From positions 8,432,001 through 8,496,000 of the forward strand of contig CP075496.1 of the NCBI GenBank assembly GCA_021613535.1: a stretch of 64,000 bases of DNA. The letters run 5' to 3'. Positions 1 to 13,441 of this stretch are shown here, in pieces (the first letter of the stretch is position 1; each line of letters starts with the position of its first letter). This stretch comes from Adineta vaga. Its lineage: Eukaryota; Animalia; Rotifera. The notes below the pieces were generated by a model that saw only the letters and a program-made list of their open reading frames with translations, did no database searches and was not told the origin of the DNA. A program made the position numbers and the translations under genes.

Positions 1-240
1 AGCAATAGACTTCGTCTCTGATTCATAGATGTCAGAAGAATTCCTTTGGAGGTATATAAATATCATTCGATTGGTTAAACAATGAAATGAATTAAACTGA
101 AAAGAAAATCAAAGTGATAAAAAAAACTGTTCATTCATTACTATTTACTAGTCGATCGACCTTTTTCTTCCGGTGATGTTAGTAATATTGATCTAAGTCA
201 ATTGATTGTTTTGTTTTGTTTTGTTTTATTTTATTTCGAA

Positions 241-2262
241 ATGTCAGATAACGGTTAGTAGAAATTAACTTTTTTCTTAAATAAAAAAAATTCTTTGAAT
301 AGTTGAAACAACTTTATCTACTGAGGATAAAATTGAAAAAGAGATTAAATCAGATGTTTCGTCATCTACTACAAATGGGTAAGAAAATGAACAAAAATGA
401 ACTATAATTAATTATTAATTCACAGAGAAGTAACTCCATCCACATCTGTTCGTTTATTTGGTCAATTTAAACAAAATGGTTTTGGTTTTAACAGTTTATC
501 ATCATCATCATCATCAACAACACCATCAACACCATCAACATTTGGTCAGATAGGATTCACGGATAAAACAGATGACAAAAATTCATCATCAACATATTTT
601 ACAAATACACTTTCAAAAATCTCATCGACAATAACCAGTGGGTTTGGTTCTTCATCAACGCCTTTAGCTGCATCACTCGCTTCGCTTGGTGCAAAGTATA
701 ATAAAAACGAATACATCAACAATATATCTAATCTACTTTGATTTTCTCTTTTAGTAAAGCATTATTCGGTGGTGCAAGTGGTACAACTCCAAGTTCATTT
801 ACAGATCTAAAAGCCTTGTCAGCAAATCCATTGGAAAGTAAAGTTTTTATTTGAAAAAGAAACAATCGTCTATGCAATAATCTTTCAGGTAAAACAAATA
901 CTGAAGAAAAAGATGATGAAAAAGAAGATGAAGAAGAAAATAAAGTTTCATTATTGGAAACAGTTGCTGAATATGAAGCTAAACGTGCATCAACACATCC
1001 AGCGACGACCATTCAAGGTGATACATCAACTGGAGAAGAAAATGAAATGACCAAGTTCCAAGTTAGAAATCTTTGTATCCCTTTAATTTTATATATAAAT
1101 AGGATCGATTTCAATGTTTAGATGGCTGGTAAATTGTTTATGTATAATGCTGAACAACAGCAATTTGTCGAACGTGGTTATGGTATTTTGAAAATTAATG
1201 AAAGTCATGATTCAGTTGATTGGGATCGATTACAAGCTCGATTAAGTAAAATTATTCTATGAAGATAGAAATTTTACTAATGATTTCTTTTGTTTAGTTA
1301 TGAGACTTGATAAATCATTTCGTGTCATTCTTAATTCACCTATTTTTCCCAAAATGACAGTTGAACGAGCAACGGATCGTTCCATACGATTTGGTGCTCA
1401 AGATGAATCACAATTACGAGTATTTATTATTAAAGTAAACGATTTACTTTCTTCTTTACCTAAAATCAAAAAACTTTCATATTTTTTCAAAAAGGCATCA
1501 GCAAATGATTGTAGTAATTTCTGTCGAGAATTACAACTACGTGTTCAAATGCTTGAACAACAACAAGCATCAACACCAACATCAATTACGAATACACCTG
1601 TATGTAAATTTAATTCTTTTTCTCCTTGTCTATCTTCATAATTTTCTTTAGATAAAAAGTAGTAATACAAGTACTTCATCAGATGTCGTTGCTCTCGATG
1701 ATACTTCACCAAAACAAAATTCATCCATTAGTAATCGTAAACGATCTCATTCAAAAAGCGATTCAGATACATCTGAAACGACTAATGATATTTCAAAAAA
1801 ATCAAAGTAAGTACATATTACTACGCATGTCTTGAAAATAATTTTCATGCCTTGATGAAAACTGCTATTTTATAAATTGTAATAAACATCAATGATCAAG
1901 GAAATGTTTCTTCAGACGCTGAGATTTTACTTTTCGTTGTTATCTGTTCGAAATCCTTGATACATACAAATATCGATACTATCTGTCTATGGTAAAGATA
2001 AAATCTCATATAGAGAGAGAAAAAAACACACTGACAGAAATCTGAAAATGATTGCTCTAAGATATATCAATGTAGATATAGACTGATAGCAATACATCGA
2101 TTCAGTAGATCAATAGAACATTCAAGATTATATTTAATAAACTTTCTTATTCGAGTTTTCTTTTCATGTAGACTGGTTGAAGGCTATCGAGAAATCAACA
2201 AAGATGTCAATCAATCAACTAGTGGCGATGATTCTTTTGAAAGTGGTAAAACAAGTGAATAG
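241..2262 (+). CDS. RANBP3: Ran-binding protein 3-like (FG-rich N-terminus plus RanBD1 domain), multi-exon
   Basis: Spliced exons give TGEENE..FQ/MAGKLFMYNAEQQQFVERGYGILKINE..LQARL/MRLDKSFRVILNSPIFPKMTVERATDRSIRF, which matches the RanBP3 RanBD. Upstream exons are FG/S-rich and the tail is basic (RKRSHSK..SKKSK). The start at 241 is tentative. Confidence 0.8.
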
Positions 2263-2419
2263 AAAAAGTTATGAATAGTGAAAAGCAGACACAACCAAGC
2301 CAAAAATTCTTAATTGTTGTTCTTTCTTTCGTTTTTTATCATTATTATTATTATTATTATACTGAAGAGAAAAAAATAGATTATCTACAAATAGATTTTT
2401 GAGCTTTTTCTTTTACATA

Positions 2420-2767
2420 TTACACGTAACATGGTCCATGTCGTCGTCGCCGTTGTCGTTGTCTTTGTTTAGATAGATGAAAAAGATTAAAGGGCAAACA
2501 GAAGAAAATATGTTGTTGATTATTATGAATTGTTGAGTCATTATCAAAGTGATGCTGTCGATTAATAGCTGTACTAGCATTGGATTGTTTTGAATGATAA
2601 CGATGACATTGTTTTAATGGACGACAAGACGACGGATTAGTTGATTTAGCTAATTGTCTTTGTTTTTCAATGTTAAATGTAACGGGTGCTGCTAAGATAA
2701 AATGCGATGGTTGATTGATAATGGGAACGAATTTTGGTGTACTACATAAACATGGTGTAAATGCCAT
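2420..2767 (-). CDS. Hypothetical small basic protein
   Basis: Open frame from the ATG at 2767 (MAFTPCLCSTPKF...RQRQRRRRHGPCYV). No recognisable domain. Confidence 0.3.
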   Translation of the reverse strand: MAFTPCLCSTPKFVPIINQPSHFILAAPVTFNIEKQRQLAKSTNPSSCRPLKQCHRYHSKQSNASTAINRQHHFDNDSTIHNNQQHIFFCLPFNLFHLSKQRQRQRRRRHGPCYV

Positions 2768-4025
2768 TTGGATCAAATGTTTTTTATTGAAATAAATTTC
2801 TCTCTATTTATATACATATCTACACATTGGATATGGGGAAGACGAGAAAAGTATATATCCTCAGCATGTGATCGATATGCCGGCATAATATTTTATCTTC
2901 TTCTTCTTCTTCTTTTTCCTTCGAAATTATGTTATTCACATCCACCTACTGAGCTAATTGAGTTTCGGTGAAGAAATCATTCGATCAACCATGGTAATGT
3001 CAAAGAGAAAGCAAGAAGAAAAAAAAATATATGCTATTAAATCAATGTTGAGTGCGAAATTCACATCGAGTTAATTATAGATGTTATCTCGAAGAAATCA
3101 AAGTCAACGAAAAACGAGAAGAAGAAGACGAACAAAACAAATGTATTAAATGTATGATAAGATATATTCTGTATGTCAAAAACAAGTTGAATAATATGTT
3201 TATCACATGTTGATAGACTGATTGCAAACAGAATAGTAATCCTTAAGGACAACAAAAGGTAGATAGGAAGAGACTTTTTGTTTTGCTTGAGATTTTATTA
3301 TCACTCGTAGAAATGACATTTTGTTAAAGTATAAAACAAGTTCTTTTTTTCTTTTGATGATAAATGTTTTGTGCATATCTAGTTAATCACTGTCGTAAAT
3401 ATACTTGTACTTTTCTTCTTCTTCTTCTTCTTCTTCTTCTTTTTCGATCGCTTGATTATTATTAGATCCTTCATCATGTTAGCAACATCTCCTTAATATC
3501 ATATTGCTGTTCTATGTATGTTTATAAGAAAAAAAATGTTAGTACGTATATCTAATGCAAAAAAATGCATCATTCTTTATTAATATATGTACATATCTAC
3601 AACTGTTCTGTACACACGCATGTCATAGAAAAATGCGCCATGGTAGTCCTTCAAAAAATTGCCAGACTGTCTATTTTTTGTGTCTTTAAAGGAATAATTA
3701 GAATCTATGGAGAACAGAAATAGAAAAGAGAGATATAGCATACATATAGTTGCATCTACTCTTCCAGTTGGATAATAGATGATTCTCTCTATATATTTTT
3801 TTTGCTTGCTTTCTTTCTCTTCTCTTTTCCTCGTCTCTCGACCTCAACTATTGTTCTGTTTTTCTCTCGTTCTATCCTTTTCGTTGGTTGAGTTTCGTTC
3901 GTTTGTTTAATGAAGGAAGGACAGAGAAAATAAATGATGTTCTCTTCTTTTTTCTCATTCGTTTCGTTTCATTCTTAATATTATTCGAGTAGACGAAGAG
4001 TAAAATTCACTTTAGACACAACAGC

Positions 4026-6731
4026 ATGTTGGTCACTTCTTCGCAACCATCAACTCAACGCCCACTGGGTTTATCGATTGAGGAACTCTACGCATTAGAT
4101 CGTCAATATCGTCGGATTGAACAACAACAACAGCATTTATCTCAATTACATAATTCAGCACATATAAAATCATCGAATCTAAATCGTTTAGCTAGTCGTT
4201 CACTTGATTTTATTTCACCAAAACAAAATCCGACTTCTAACCTTCCATCACTGGAAGTGCATGGTCATGCATACAGTTACCGTCCACATCCACAACATCC
4301 ATCATCATCTCTCCTAAACTATCCACGATCACAATCAATTGATCAACTCAGATATATTCCTCCTGTACTACCTACACCGTCTCCATCACATCTCAAATCG
4401 ACATATCATCATCGATCCACTCCTACGAACGATATTCTTTATCAACGGTCCACTCCTACGAACGATACTCTTTATCAACGACCGGCTACTACAAACGATA
4501 CTCTTCATCATCGTTATCATACCAGACATCGAAACTATTTACAGGTAAATAATTTCAATAAATAAGAAAATGGCCGACTCATATACATATACTTCTATTA
4601 TATAAGTAAAATGTCAGAGAAAAAAATTTGACTATTCTTTCCTTTTTCTTTTCTCAAACATTTGATTATTACTCGACGGAAATTGACGTTTCAAAGCACG
4701 CACAGACACATACTTACTGACAGAAAAGAAAAAGAAAAAAAAACATTCGCACATTGTTCTTTCTTTTTTGACAGCATCCGAGCATGGCTACCGGTAATAC
4801 GCCATCTTTGGGAAATAAAACTTCGTACAATATTCCTCCACAAACAACTCTATTTTGATGCACGAAATACTTGTAAACTTCGTCGACAACATCCAATTAA
4901 ACGTGAATCATCACGTCGAATTCTTGTTCGACCTGCCGTACAACGACGGCGTGAACCCTCAATCAGTTCGTCATGTGAATCATTAGATGAACAATTTTCA
5001 CCTATTCGTTCTATTCCACCTGTACAGGTAATTTATTTTGAAATAAAACTACTAAGAATTCCATCGTATTTCTATTTTAGTCAAATATTTTTGATGAACC
5101 TGTATTATATACACCTTCATCATCGTTAACAACCGATGTTCTTGATGAATTAAATAAAGAAACCGGAACTTTAATATGTACAACATCGAACAATGATTCC
5201 TTATCTGATGATAGTGATATAAATTTATATGAAATGCGTATTTCCATTGGTAAAACATATGATACATCAGATATTAGTGTTCAATTAGAAGGACCTAAAA
5301 TATTAATACATTGCCATACAATTGAACCTACTGATAAACGTGGAAATTATCGTAAACATGAATTTAAAACTGAATTATTAGTACCAGATGTTGTTGATGA
5401 TGAAACTATTGTTGCTTACTTAACTGAAGATGGTCAATTGATTGTTGAAGGCAAATATCATCTATGGGCATGGAAAGAAATTCGAAAGAGAAGAAAATTT
5501 GAACAGCAAGAAGCAAATGTTCCTTCGTCATCATCAACACCTCCACCATCCAAATTAACTGAATCTTATTCTCGATCGACGAGAAATGAAGGAGGTATGT
5601 TAAAATATAGAAAATAAGAAATAGATTTCGAGACATTTTTCGACTGATTAGCTATCTTGATTTCATGTCTACTATTGTAAGCTAATTAAGAAAGAATTCT
5701 ATTATCAATGATAATATAAATGTCCTAGAAGAATACTTTTTTTTCTACTCATATGACTAATCAATTTTTCTAAGACCTTATCTATCGAAATTATGGACAC
5801 GATGAACCATCAAGCAGGTAGTTATTAATCTGAATTAAATCTAATTATTTTTTTAAAATCTATGTGTGTTTAATTTCTTGAGTGAATTCTTTTTTCAGTA
5901 CTGCTAAATCAACTCAAAGCTGCTGTGAATTGGTTTAGTAGGGCAATATCGTTTTAAATAAAGATATATCTGTTCTTTTCTAACATGGTTCGTTGATATG
6001 TGTGTTTATTTATGCATGATCATTTTAATCTTCATCAGCATGATCAATCTTTTGTTTTCTTTTTCTATTCAATGATTTCAATTGAAATTCGTTTGATAAA
6101 TTTCGTGTTCTTTTTGAATAATTTAGATGTGGAACAAGACCCGATGACAACGTCACTCGCATCTAATACTCCACAAATAATGTCTAATAATAATAACAAT
6201 CTCAACAGTAATAATAACAATAACAATAATAATAATAATAATTATAATTACAATTACATTGCTCCGATAAATAAAATTGAAAAATTAGACAATAATCGAA
6301 CTGTAATTCATGTTACTGCACCACCATTATCATCTTCACCAACACAGCAATATACGGATACAAGAAGTGTGAGTGATATAATTAATCGTTTTAATACTTT
6401 AAATACAACATCTACATCAACGATATGGGATGGACAGTATAAATTTACCAATGATTATCCGCCTCGTCTTATATATCATGTACGTTTACCATTTGAAACA
6501 TCTACAGATGCTATTCGTATTCAATCAGATCCACAATTAAATACTTTGAAGATTTTCATTGAACAACAAGAGAGAAGTTTATTACCACATCAAAAGCAAA
6601 GTAAAGTTATTATTCGTTCAACATCACGTATATGTCGTTTACCAAGAGATCATATTTATGATTATACACGTTTACATGTTGTATTTTTAAAAGATAATTA
6701 TCTTCGTATTGAATTACCAACATTAAATTAA
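4026..6731 (+). CDS. Large small-heat-shock-type protein with two alpha-crystallin/HSP20-like domains
   Basis: Exons at about 4026-4544, 4774-5027, 5081-5594 and 6128-6731. Domain 1 is YEMRISIGKTYDTSDISVQLEGPKILIHC..HEFKTELLVPDVVDDETIVAYLTEDGQLIVEG. Domain 2 is LIYHVRLPF..RICRLPRDHIYDYTRLHVVFLKDNYLRIELP. Linkage of the last exon to the same gene is inferred. Confidence 0.7.
4410..4508 (+). repeat. 33-bp x3 coding tandem repeat (HRSTPTNDILY / QRSTPTNDTLY / QRPATTNDTLH)
   Basis: Three adjacent units: catcgatccactcctacgaacgatattctttat, caacggtccactcctacgaacgatactctttat, caacgaccggctactacaaacgatactcttcat. Confidence 0.85.
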
Positions 6732-7949
6732 ATTCATCCTTTTTTTTCCCCCCTTTTTCTATAAACACCGGTGATAAGATTTCTCTCTCTTACGTATATA
6801 TGTATCTGTGTGTATATGTTTGCCTTTATACTGATATATGTATTCTGATTTAATGGATTATTGTATCAATTTTTACTATTTGTATTTGTGTATTTTTTTC
6901 TTGAAAATGTGTGATAAAAATAATGATTTTTTATTATTATATTATTACTAATCTTTCTTTCAAAGAGACATACAACAGTTGATTCAGTTAACATTTCTTA
7001 ATATCTATTCCCTGATGCAAAACAAATGTTCTCATTCCAGGAAATCAGTGTTACATGATGTCGGCAGACGAAATCTTTTTAGTTAATTATTATTTTGTGC
7101 TAGAAAGAAAAGTCTCTTTCAGACATGATTGCATGACTGTTACCAACTCTGTTTGATTTCAAATCAATATTATTCTGTATTGAAAAAGAACAGAAGCGCT
7201 TTAGTTATTCTCTCTCTCCCTCATGTGCATTAGTTGAACATATGTTTTTGTGAATGAGTGATGGTCATGTGTAGTAATATGCATACGTAAATTTGATCTC
7301 CTTTCAATTGTTTCGTATTATTAGATTAGTCGATTCTGATCGAGTACATTGATAATCTAATTTAATAGAACAAACGTTTAGATAAATGCAATAATAGTAA
7401 TCGGGTTTATTTAATTATATAAAGCAATGAAAGATTCAGTAATTGCAAAGTTACTTTTCTTTTTCACACCCACCCTCTCATTTTCAAATAAAAACAACTC
7501 GCCCAACGAAAAAATAGTATTCAATATTTAATGACAACGAAATCACATAGGATAAGTTAAAGAAACTATTCTATTCTTTGTGGATATGATCAGTAAAGGT
7601 TGAAGGTAGAAAGATGTTTACAATGATAGTAATAAGCATGTAGATGATGATGATGATGATGATGAAAAGTACCTTAGGGATTAATCAGATTCATAATAAG
7701 CCACTATCTTAAATGTACTTTATTTCAAATTTCAATAAAATTGGAAAAATGTCAACTGACGGTATGACTTACTTACTTATTCGATCGGATATTGAACGGA
7801 ACACGTTTCTTCTTTTTTTATAAAAGGATTAATAGTTAAAAGAAACGCTCACAGTGTCAATAAGTACCGTTTTTGTACGATCGATTATAATACGTCAATT
7901 GACTTTCTGCTTGCATATACTTTTACATCCCGTCGCTAAACAATATGTC

Positions 7950-8707
7950 AAACTATTATTTCCGGTGTAACAATTGATCTTGTTAATAATCGTTTAATGA
8001 ACTTTTAAATCGATTTTATCAATTCTGTTAGTACGAGACAACATACAAAATAACTTATATAATTCAAGTGATCAACTATAGGTAAATCAGCCATGAATAT
8101 ATATATATCAACCAACAAAAGTTCCAAAAGTTGGTAGACCCCATTTGAATCTATGAAGTGAAGTGATAATCAATAATTCGAATACTAATTTTCTTTCACT
8201 CTTCCAAAGAAATGATTGTTTTCGTTGAACTTTTCTTGATGAATGTATCACTCGAACTATCAAAATTATATTCGCTATAACAATCATCCATATTGGTAAA
8301 ATCGTATTAATTGAGGATGTGAGTAATAATTGTGGACAAAATATTAATATATGTCGTTGAATACTAGCAGTAGCTGCAATTTATAGACTAGTTACTACTA
8401 ATGAATAATCGATCGAATATCACCAACGACAAAACGAAAATGTTTTCCAACTATCATAACCAAGTCGAAATGAACTGATAGAAAATGAAAGATCAAAAAT
8501 AATATGAAGAAAAGAGTATATTATTTGAAGAAGAACAGAATGATTTCGTAATGATTTTGCTATCATCGTATGCAAATGTTGATTGAAATAGATGAGAATG
8601 AAAATTGAACATGGAATCGCAAGTATTTCAATGATTAATAATAGAATAAATTGTATATTTTGAGGAGAAAGTACAATATTTACTACATTGGTATTATCGT
8701 CTTCCAT
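7950..8707 (-). pseudogene. Rhodopsin-like GPCR pseudogene, tandem paralog of 9302-10273
   Basis: Similar to the neighbour (SLRNHSVLL, FCRW*YSIDYSL, ATASIQRHILIF, LWKSERKLVF). It has in-frame stops at about 8420 and 8383 and has lost the TM4 region. The 3' limit is approximate. Confidence 0.8.
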
Positions 8708-9301
8708 TAAAACTAAAGTAATAAAGTGAAAGATGAACTTTTCCTTTTGCTTGATGAGCGTTAAAAGTAATGACCACATCCGAAATGTTTTTCAATGGTT
8801 CATAAAAAGGTTTTTGTTCTTATGTTATAAATATTTTTTCTCCAGAGGTAACTAACGAATTAGCCCTATATAATTGCCTTATCACTATTTTTGAAAATTC
8901 TCCTCATTCATTCGTCTGATTCAATCAATCTTGTCCGTCAAAAGATAGAATTCGAAATTCTCTACAAAATCATTTGCATCTAAAAACCAAGACTTTTTAA
9001 AATATATTTGATAAAGGTAAAAGTTAAGAACAGACAAAAAAAAGTTCAAAAAATGTAATAGATCGAATACAATCAATAGTTGCACTTTCAATCCCATCTA
9101 TTCATCATTTAGTTCGCTCTATTAGGGTAACAATCTTCTCTTCCCAACGCTTTACTCATTTCTAGTGAAGAAATATTGCGGAAGTAATTAGCCATGTCGC
9201 ATTCGTTCGTAGAAGACAGCAGCATACGATGTACTTTTATTCTTTTGTATTTAGAATATCGTATATAAATTTACTACAATTATTGTTTAAAATCTTTCGT
9301 T

Positions 9302-10273
9302 TTAATGAGGAACAAATATCACCGCTGTTTTCCTTGGAAATTTCCGTATTAATTCTTTAGATTTCATTTTAATAAAACGAATTGGTTCTGGAATAACAAA
9401 TAGACAAATAAATGGTTGTAATGGACAAATAAAATAACTCATACCGTAAAGAAATATAATAGCAGATTGATTTTGATTAAAATTATTCAAAGAAAATGCT
9501 TGTAGAACAGACACAATGATTGATGGTGACCAACCAATCACATAAAGTAAAGAAAATGCAAATATTTGATAAATTAATTTCTTTTGTCGTTTCCATAGAA
9601 GTAATTGTCGACCATTCAAACGCCACATTGAACGAATCATCCAACAAACTAATATAACATGAGCTGATACGGTAACAACTAATGGCAATACTGAATGTAA
9701 CACAGAATCAATATTGAGTAGAATAGAATTTGTAAAATAACAAGGAGCTGAACAATACAAACTCTGGCCAGAATAAGAATATTCACATGGATAAAAAACA
9801 ATCATAATAAAATAGAATAGTGATGGATAAACTATAGATATAATCAATGGTATATAATGTAATATCCATCGTGTTCGACGAATACGTAATAGATATGTTT
9901 TGAAAAGAAAAACATATCGTTGAACACTTGCTGTTGCAACTAAGAAAAGACTAGTACATATTAAAGTATAATCTATCCAATACCAAAATAAACAAAATGA
10001 TGATGTTCGAGGATAATCATATCCTAAATAATAAGAATTAATAATAAATGGAAGATCAAATGTAATATAAATAAAAGAAATTATAATCAATAGAAGAATT
10101 GCATGATTCGATAAAGCTTTAATAACCATTATTTTCCAATTTATGAAAACGAAAATTAACAAAAAAAGTGTACATATAAGAGATATAATTTCAATAATCA
10201 ATAGTAAAAGAAATTCATAAGTCAATAGTGATGATAAACTATCATCTAGCGTGATATTAATATTGTGTTTCAT
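9302..10273 (-). CDS. Intronless orphan class A (rhodopsin-like) 7TM GPCR
   Basis: 323 aa with seven hydrophobic segments. TM3 reads FCLFWYWIDY..ATASVQRY (DRY-like), TM6 has GWSP and TM7 has PLQPFI. Confidence 0.85.
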   Translation of the reverse strand: MKHNINITLDDSLSSLLTYEFLLLLIIEIISLICTLFLLIFVFINWKIMVIKALSNHAILLLIIISFIYITFDLPFIINSYYLGYDYPRTSSFCLFWYWIDYTLICTSLFLVATASVQRYVFLFKTYLLRIRRTRWILHYIPLIISIVYPSLFYFIMIVFYPCEYSYSGQSLYCSAPCYFTNSILLNIDSVLHSVLPLVVTVSAHVILVCWMIRSMWRLNGRQLLLWKRQKKLIYQIFAFSLLYVIGWSPSIIVSVLQAFSLNNFNQNQSAIIFLYGMSYFICPLQPFICLFVIPEPIRFIKMKSKELIRKFPRKTAVIFVPH

Positions 10274-11148
10274 CTGTATGAAAGTAATATTGAAATAGAG
10301 AATTAAATCTGTTTAATTAATATACTAATCGTAATTTTCATGGTTAAACTTCTTCACACTTCTTTTTCATAAATGAAAAAGATACAAAGAGAATATCTGA
10401 AACAAAAAGATCTGTTTTCTCTTCTAATTATTTATTTCATTCGTAGTTTGAAATCGAGAAGAGAAACTATGAGTTTTAGAAATCTCATAGATAATGATTT
10501 ACGTAGATCTTTACATTTATCGAGATTGAGATACTTGATAACAACAATTATTTCTCTATTGAAATAGAATCTGATATAAATCAAACCTAGATTTATTCAC
10601 GATACGTCATTCATATACAGTCTAATTATCTTCAGAAGAACTAATACTTCTTTTACTGTCGATATTCAAATGTCAATTAATATATATCATTTGACTTGAC
10701 TAATCGTTGTTCATCCCACACCGTAATTTCATCTTTGAAATAAATATATGATTCCTTTTTCTCATGAATTTTACAAATAACATCATACAGATCATATTCA
10801 TAATATTATCGCGTATATTTATAGCTAAAAGGACCTTTCGAATGTCAGAAAAATATCGATGATTGAGTATTTGATTAGATTGCATCTGCTTATTCGAAAG
10901 TATAATATTTCATTCGAGCACGTTTATCTAACATGTGTACAATCATACGTATAAAGACAATGATAGTATTGTATTAATATATTCTACAGTAAAGAAACAA
11001 AAAAAAAGGTACATTCAAAAATAATTGCCATGATGATCATGAAGGACGTATACATTTTTTTCTTCTTTTTCTACCTTCATAGTTGTTAAATGTATATATG
11101 AAGACATATATGTATGATTGATAGTAGTATTTTGAAAAGAAAGTTCTC

Positions 11149-11652
11149 TCAAAGAATTAATTGCGAATTCGAATTGCTTCGTTGCCATTTGGTTTCGAGT
11201 TCATATTTATATAAATACAAATCTTCTACTTGAGTTAGTAAATTATCTTGTTTATATTCTAATTCTCGAACTTGTTCTTCTAATTGTTGTCGACGAAGAT
11301 CTTGTTTAATTTTCGATTTTCGTGTTAATTCATTCGATCTTGTTAATTTGGAATGGTGTCCAGTTCGTATAGTTGAACTTAATACATGAGGTTTCTTCAT
11401 ATATGAAAGTCCATGTTTGACTATCATAGAAGATTTTTGTAAAGGGCGATAAATACGATTTATTTTTGAATGTCTATCCTTTATTTCAGAAGAATTTAAT
11501 GTCGTTTTTTGTACAACATCGGTAAGAATCGATATCGGATCATTATCATATTTGTCGTGTAAACATGATAATAACTGATTAGTTTGCATATAAGTATCAT
11601 TCGTCATTGGCAAGAATAATGATAGTGATGATAATGCATTAACTATACTCAT
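11149..11652 (-). CDS. bZIP-like leucine zipper protein
   Basis: A degenerate basic region (RSNELTRKSKIKQDLRR) is followed by five heptad leucines: LEEQVRE-LEYKQDN-LLTQVED-LYLYKYE-L. Confidence 0.6.
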   Translation of the reverse strand: MSIVNALSSLSLFLPMTNDTYMQTNQLLSCLHDKYDNDPISILTDVVQKTTLNSSEIKDRHSKINRIYRPLQKSSMIVKHGLSYMKKPHVLSSTIRTGHHSKLTRSNELTRKSKIKQDLRRQQLEEQVRELEYKQDNLLTQVEDLYLYKYELETKWQRSNSNSQLIL

Positions 11653-13441
11653 TTTTAACCACTGTTGAATTGTAAAATTTCTTCGATGAACTTATCAGTA
11701 TAACGAACGAGGAAGGAAATAACGTATGTCTTGTTTTTTAATAGACAAATAGAGAAGAAACGGGTTCTTATATATTCCTGGTTATTTACACCCAGTCAAC
11801 TGGAAAATGTGCTGAATGAAAAGGGAACATGCATACACATTCACATACCCATTAAAATAACTTAGACGAACAGCAATAGTATCCAATCATCATTGAGTCA
11901 TATAGAATGATTTTACAATTTTTTACTCGTTCTGCCAATGATTTCATCAATAATGTCCTAATAAACAAGAAGCTAAGAATGACATTATGTCACGTAGAAT
12001 AACTTCTTTCCAATCATCCTCACCTGCACTTTTCATCGTACTTGTTATTTTAATGAATATAAACAGACGATGTATGATTTAATCTGACAGAAATTAATCG
12101 TTTCTTTACTGAAAAACACACTGGACATGTTCTTATACAGAATTTTACCAAGATATGAAAGAAAACAAATATGAATTTATGTATTTGCCGTACCACATAT
12201 TTCCTTCTTTTTATATTTCAAAAATCAATAGGTAGATTTTAATCAGACACCCACTTTTGTCATCTAGTCCTCACATTTGAACCCTCGTTCCATTCAAAAT
12301 ATTTTTGACTATATATTCGTCAATATATTCATACTATCTGATTTAATATATTGCATATATATTATTCAGATATTTACAATCATTCTATCTTCGAATAAAA
12401 GCGTCTCCTATGGTATTTATCATCAATCATTTGATGTAAATGTCTAATGAAATCGAAATGAAATGTATTTTAACGAGTTTATAGTTTGAATAATACTATA
12501 TTTTCCGATTTCTCATCGAGACATACGTTGTATATTAGAATTTCTGTTGATTTTATCGGTATTTATTGAGTAAAAAGATGTATTTTTAATAATAATAGCG
12601 AATAAAGCTAAAGAATAGAAGTTATACTCATGTATAATACAATGAAAATAGTCCAACTATACTAAACCTTTACATGTAGACAGTTGATTGAATCAATGTC
12701 CGAAGAAAGTGTTGTTGTATAGTTTTAAAATATATCTTATAAGAATGATTGTAAACTGGAAATAGATATCTATCATGTATCATGATTATTTTTCATAAAT
12801 TTACTACAATGAACATCAATCTTATCTTCTTCTTCTTCTTCTTCTTTTTTCTATGAATACGTACAATATTTACTGATATTAAGGAAAGTGAACAATAGTC
12901 AATACTCATTTAACGAAATCAAAATACAAATTTCCCGACGTTTATAAAATGAATATAAACAAAACATTAAATTATCTCTAGATTGTTACGATAAGATGAA
13001 GAAAAGATCAAATTTTGTTGTTTGTTATGATTATCAAAAACGTTCTATGCATGAAATAGTTATATGTGTGACCTACTGATCTATTACAGATGAACATTGG
13101 ATCTTAAAACATAGAATAGATGTTTATGATATGTCAGTGCAAATTATATAATTGTCTCTTTTCACATAAATAAGATATACATGGAAATTATTTTGATGAC
13201 TTTGATGTGATGCCAAAGATAATTTATATGTATTCGTAAAGGAAAGGTTCTTCAGTACAACGCATATATTTGTAATGGTGTCTTTCTCTTTCTTTCTTCT
13301 GACTCTTTTTCACTCGAATATAAGATACATATTCAAAGCTGTTCGTCACATGTAATAGAGAAAGAAATCATATTTCATTTGTTTACTAAATTCAACACGA
13401 AAGGTGATGCTTCTGCATAGCTAACGATTAAAATTGATATT

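Noticed and set aside
728-1012. Minus-strand 94-aa ORF
   Set aside because: Antisense shadow of RanBP3-like exons.
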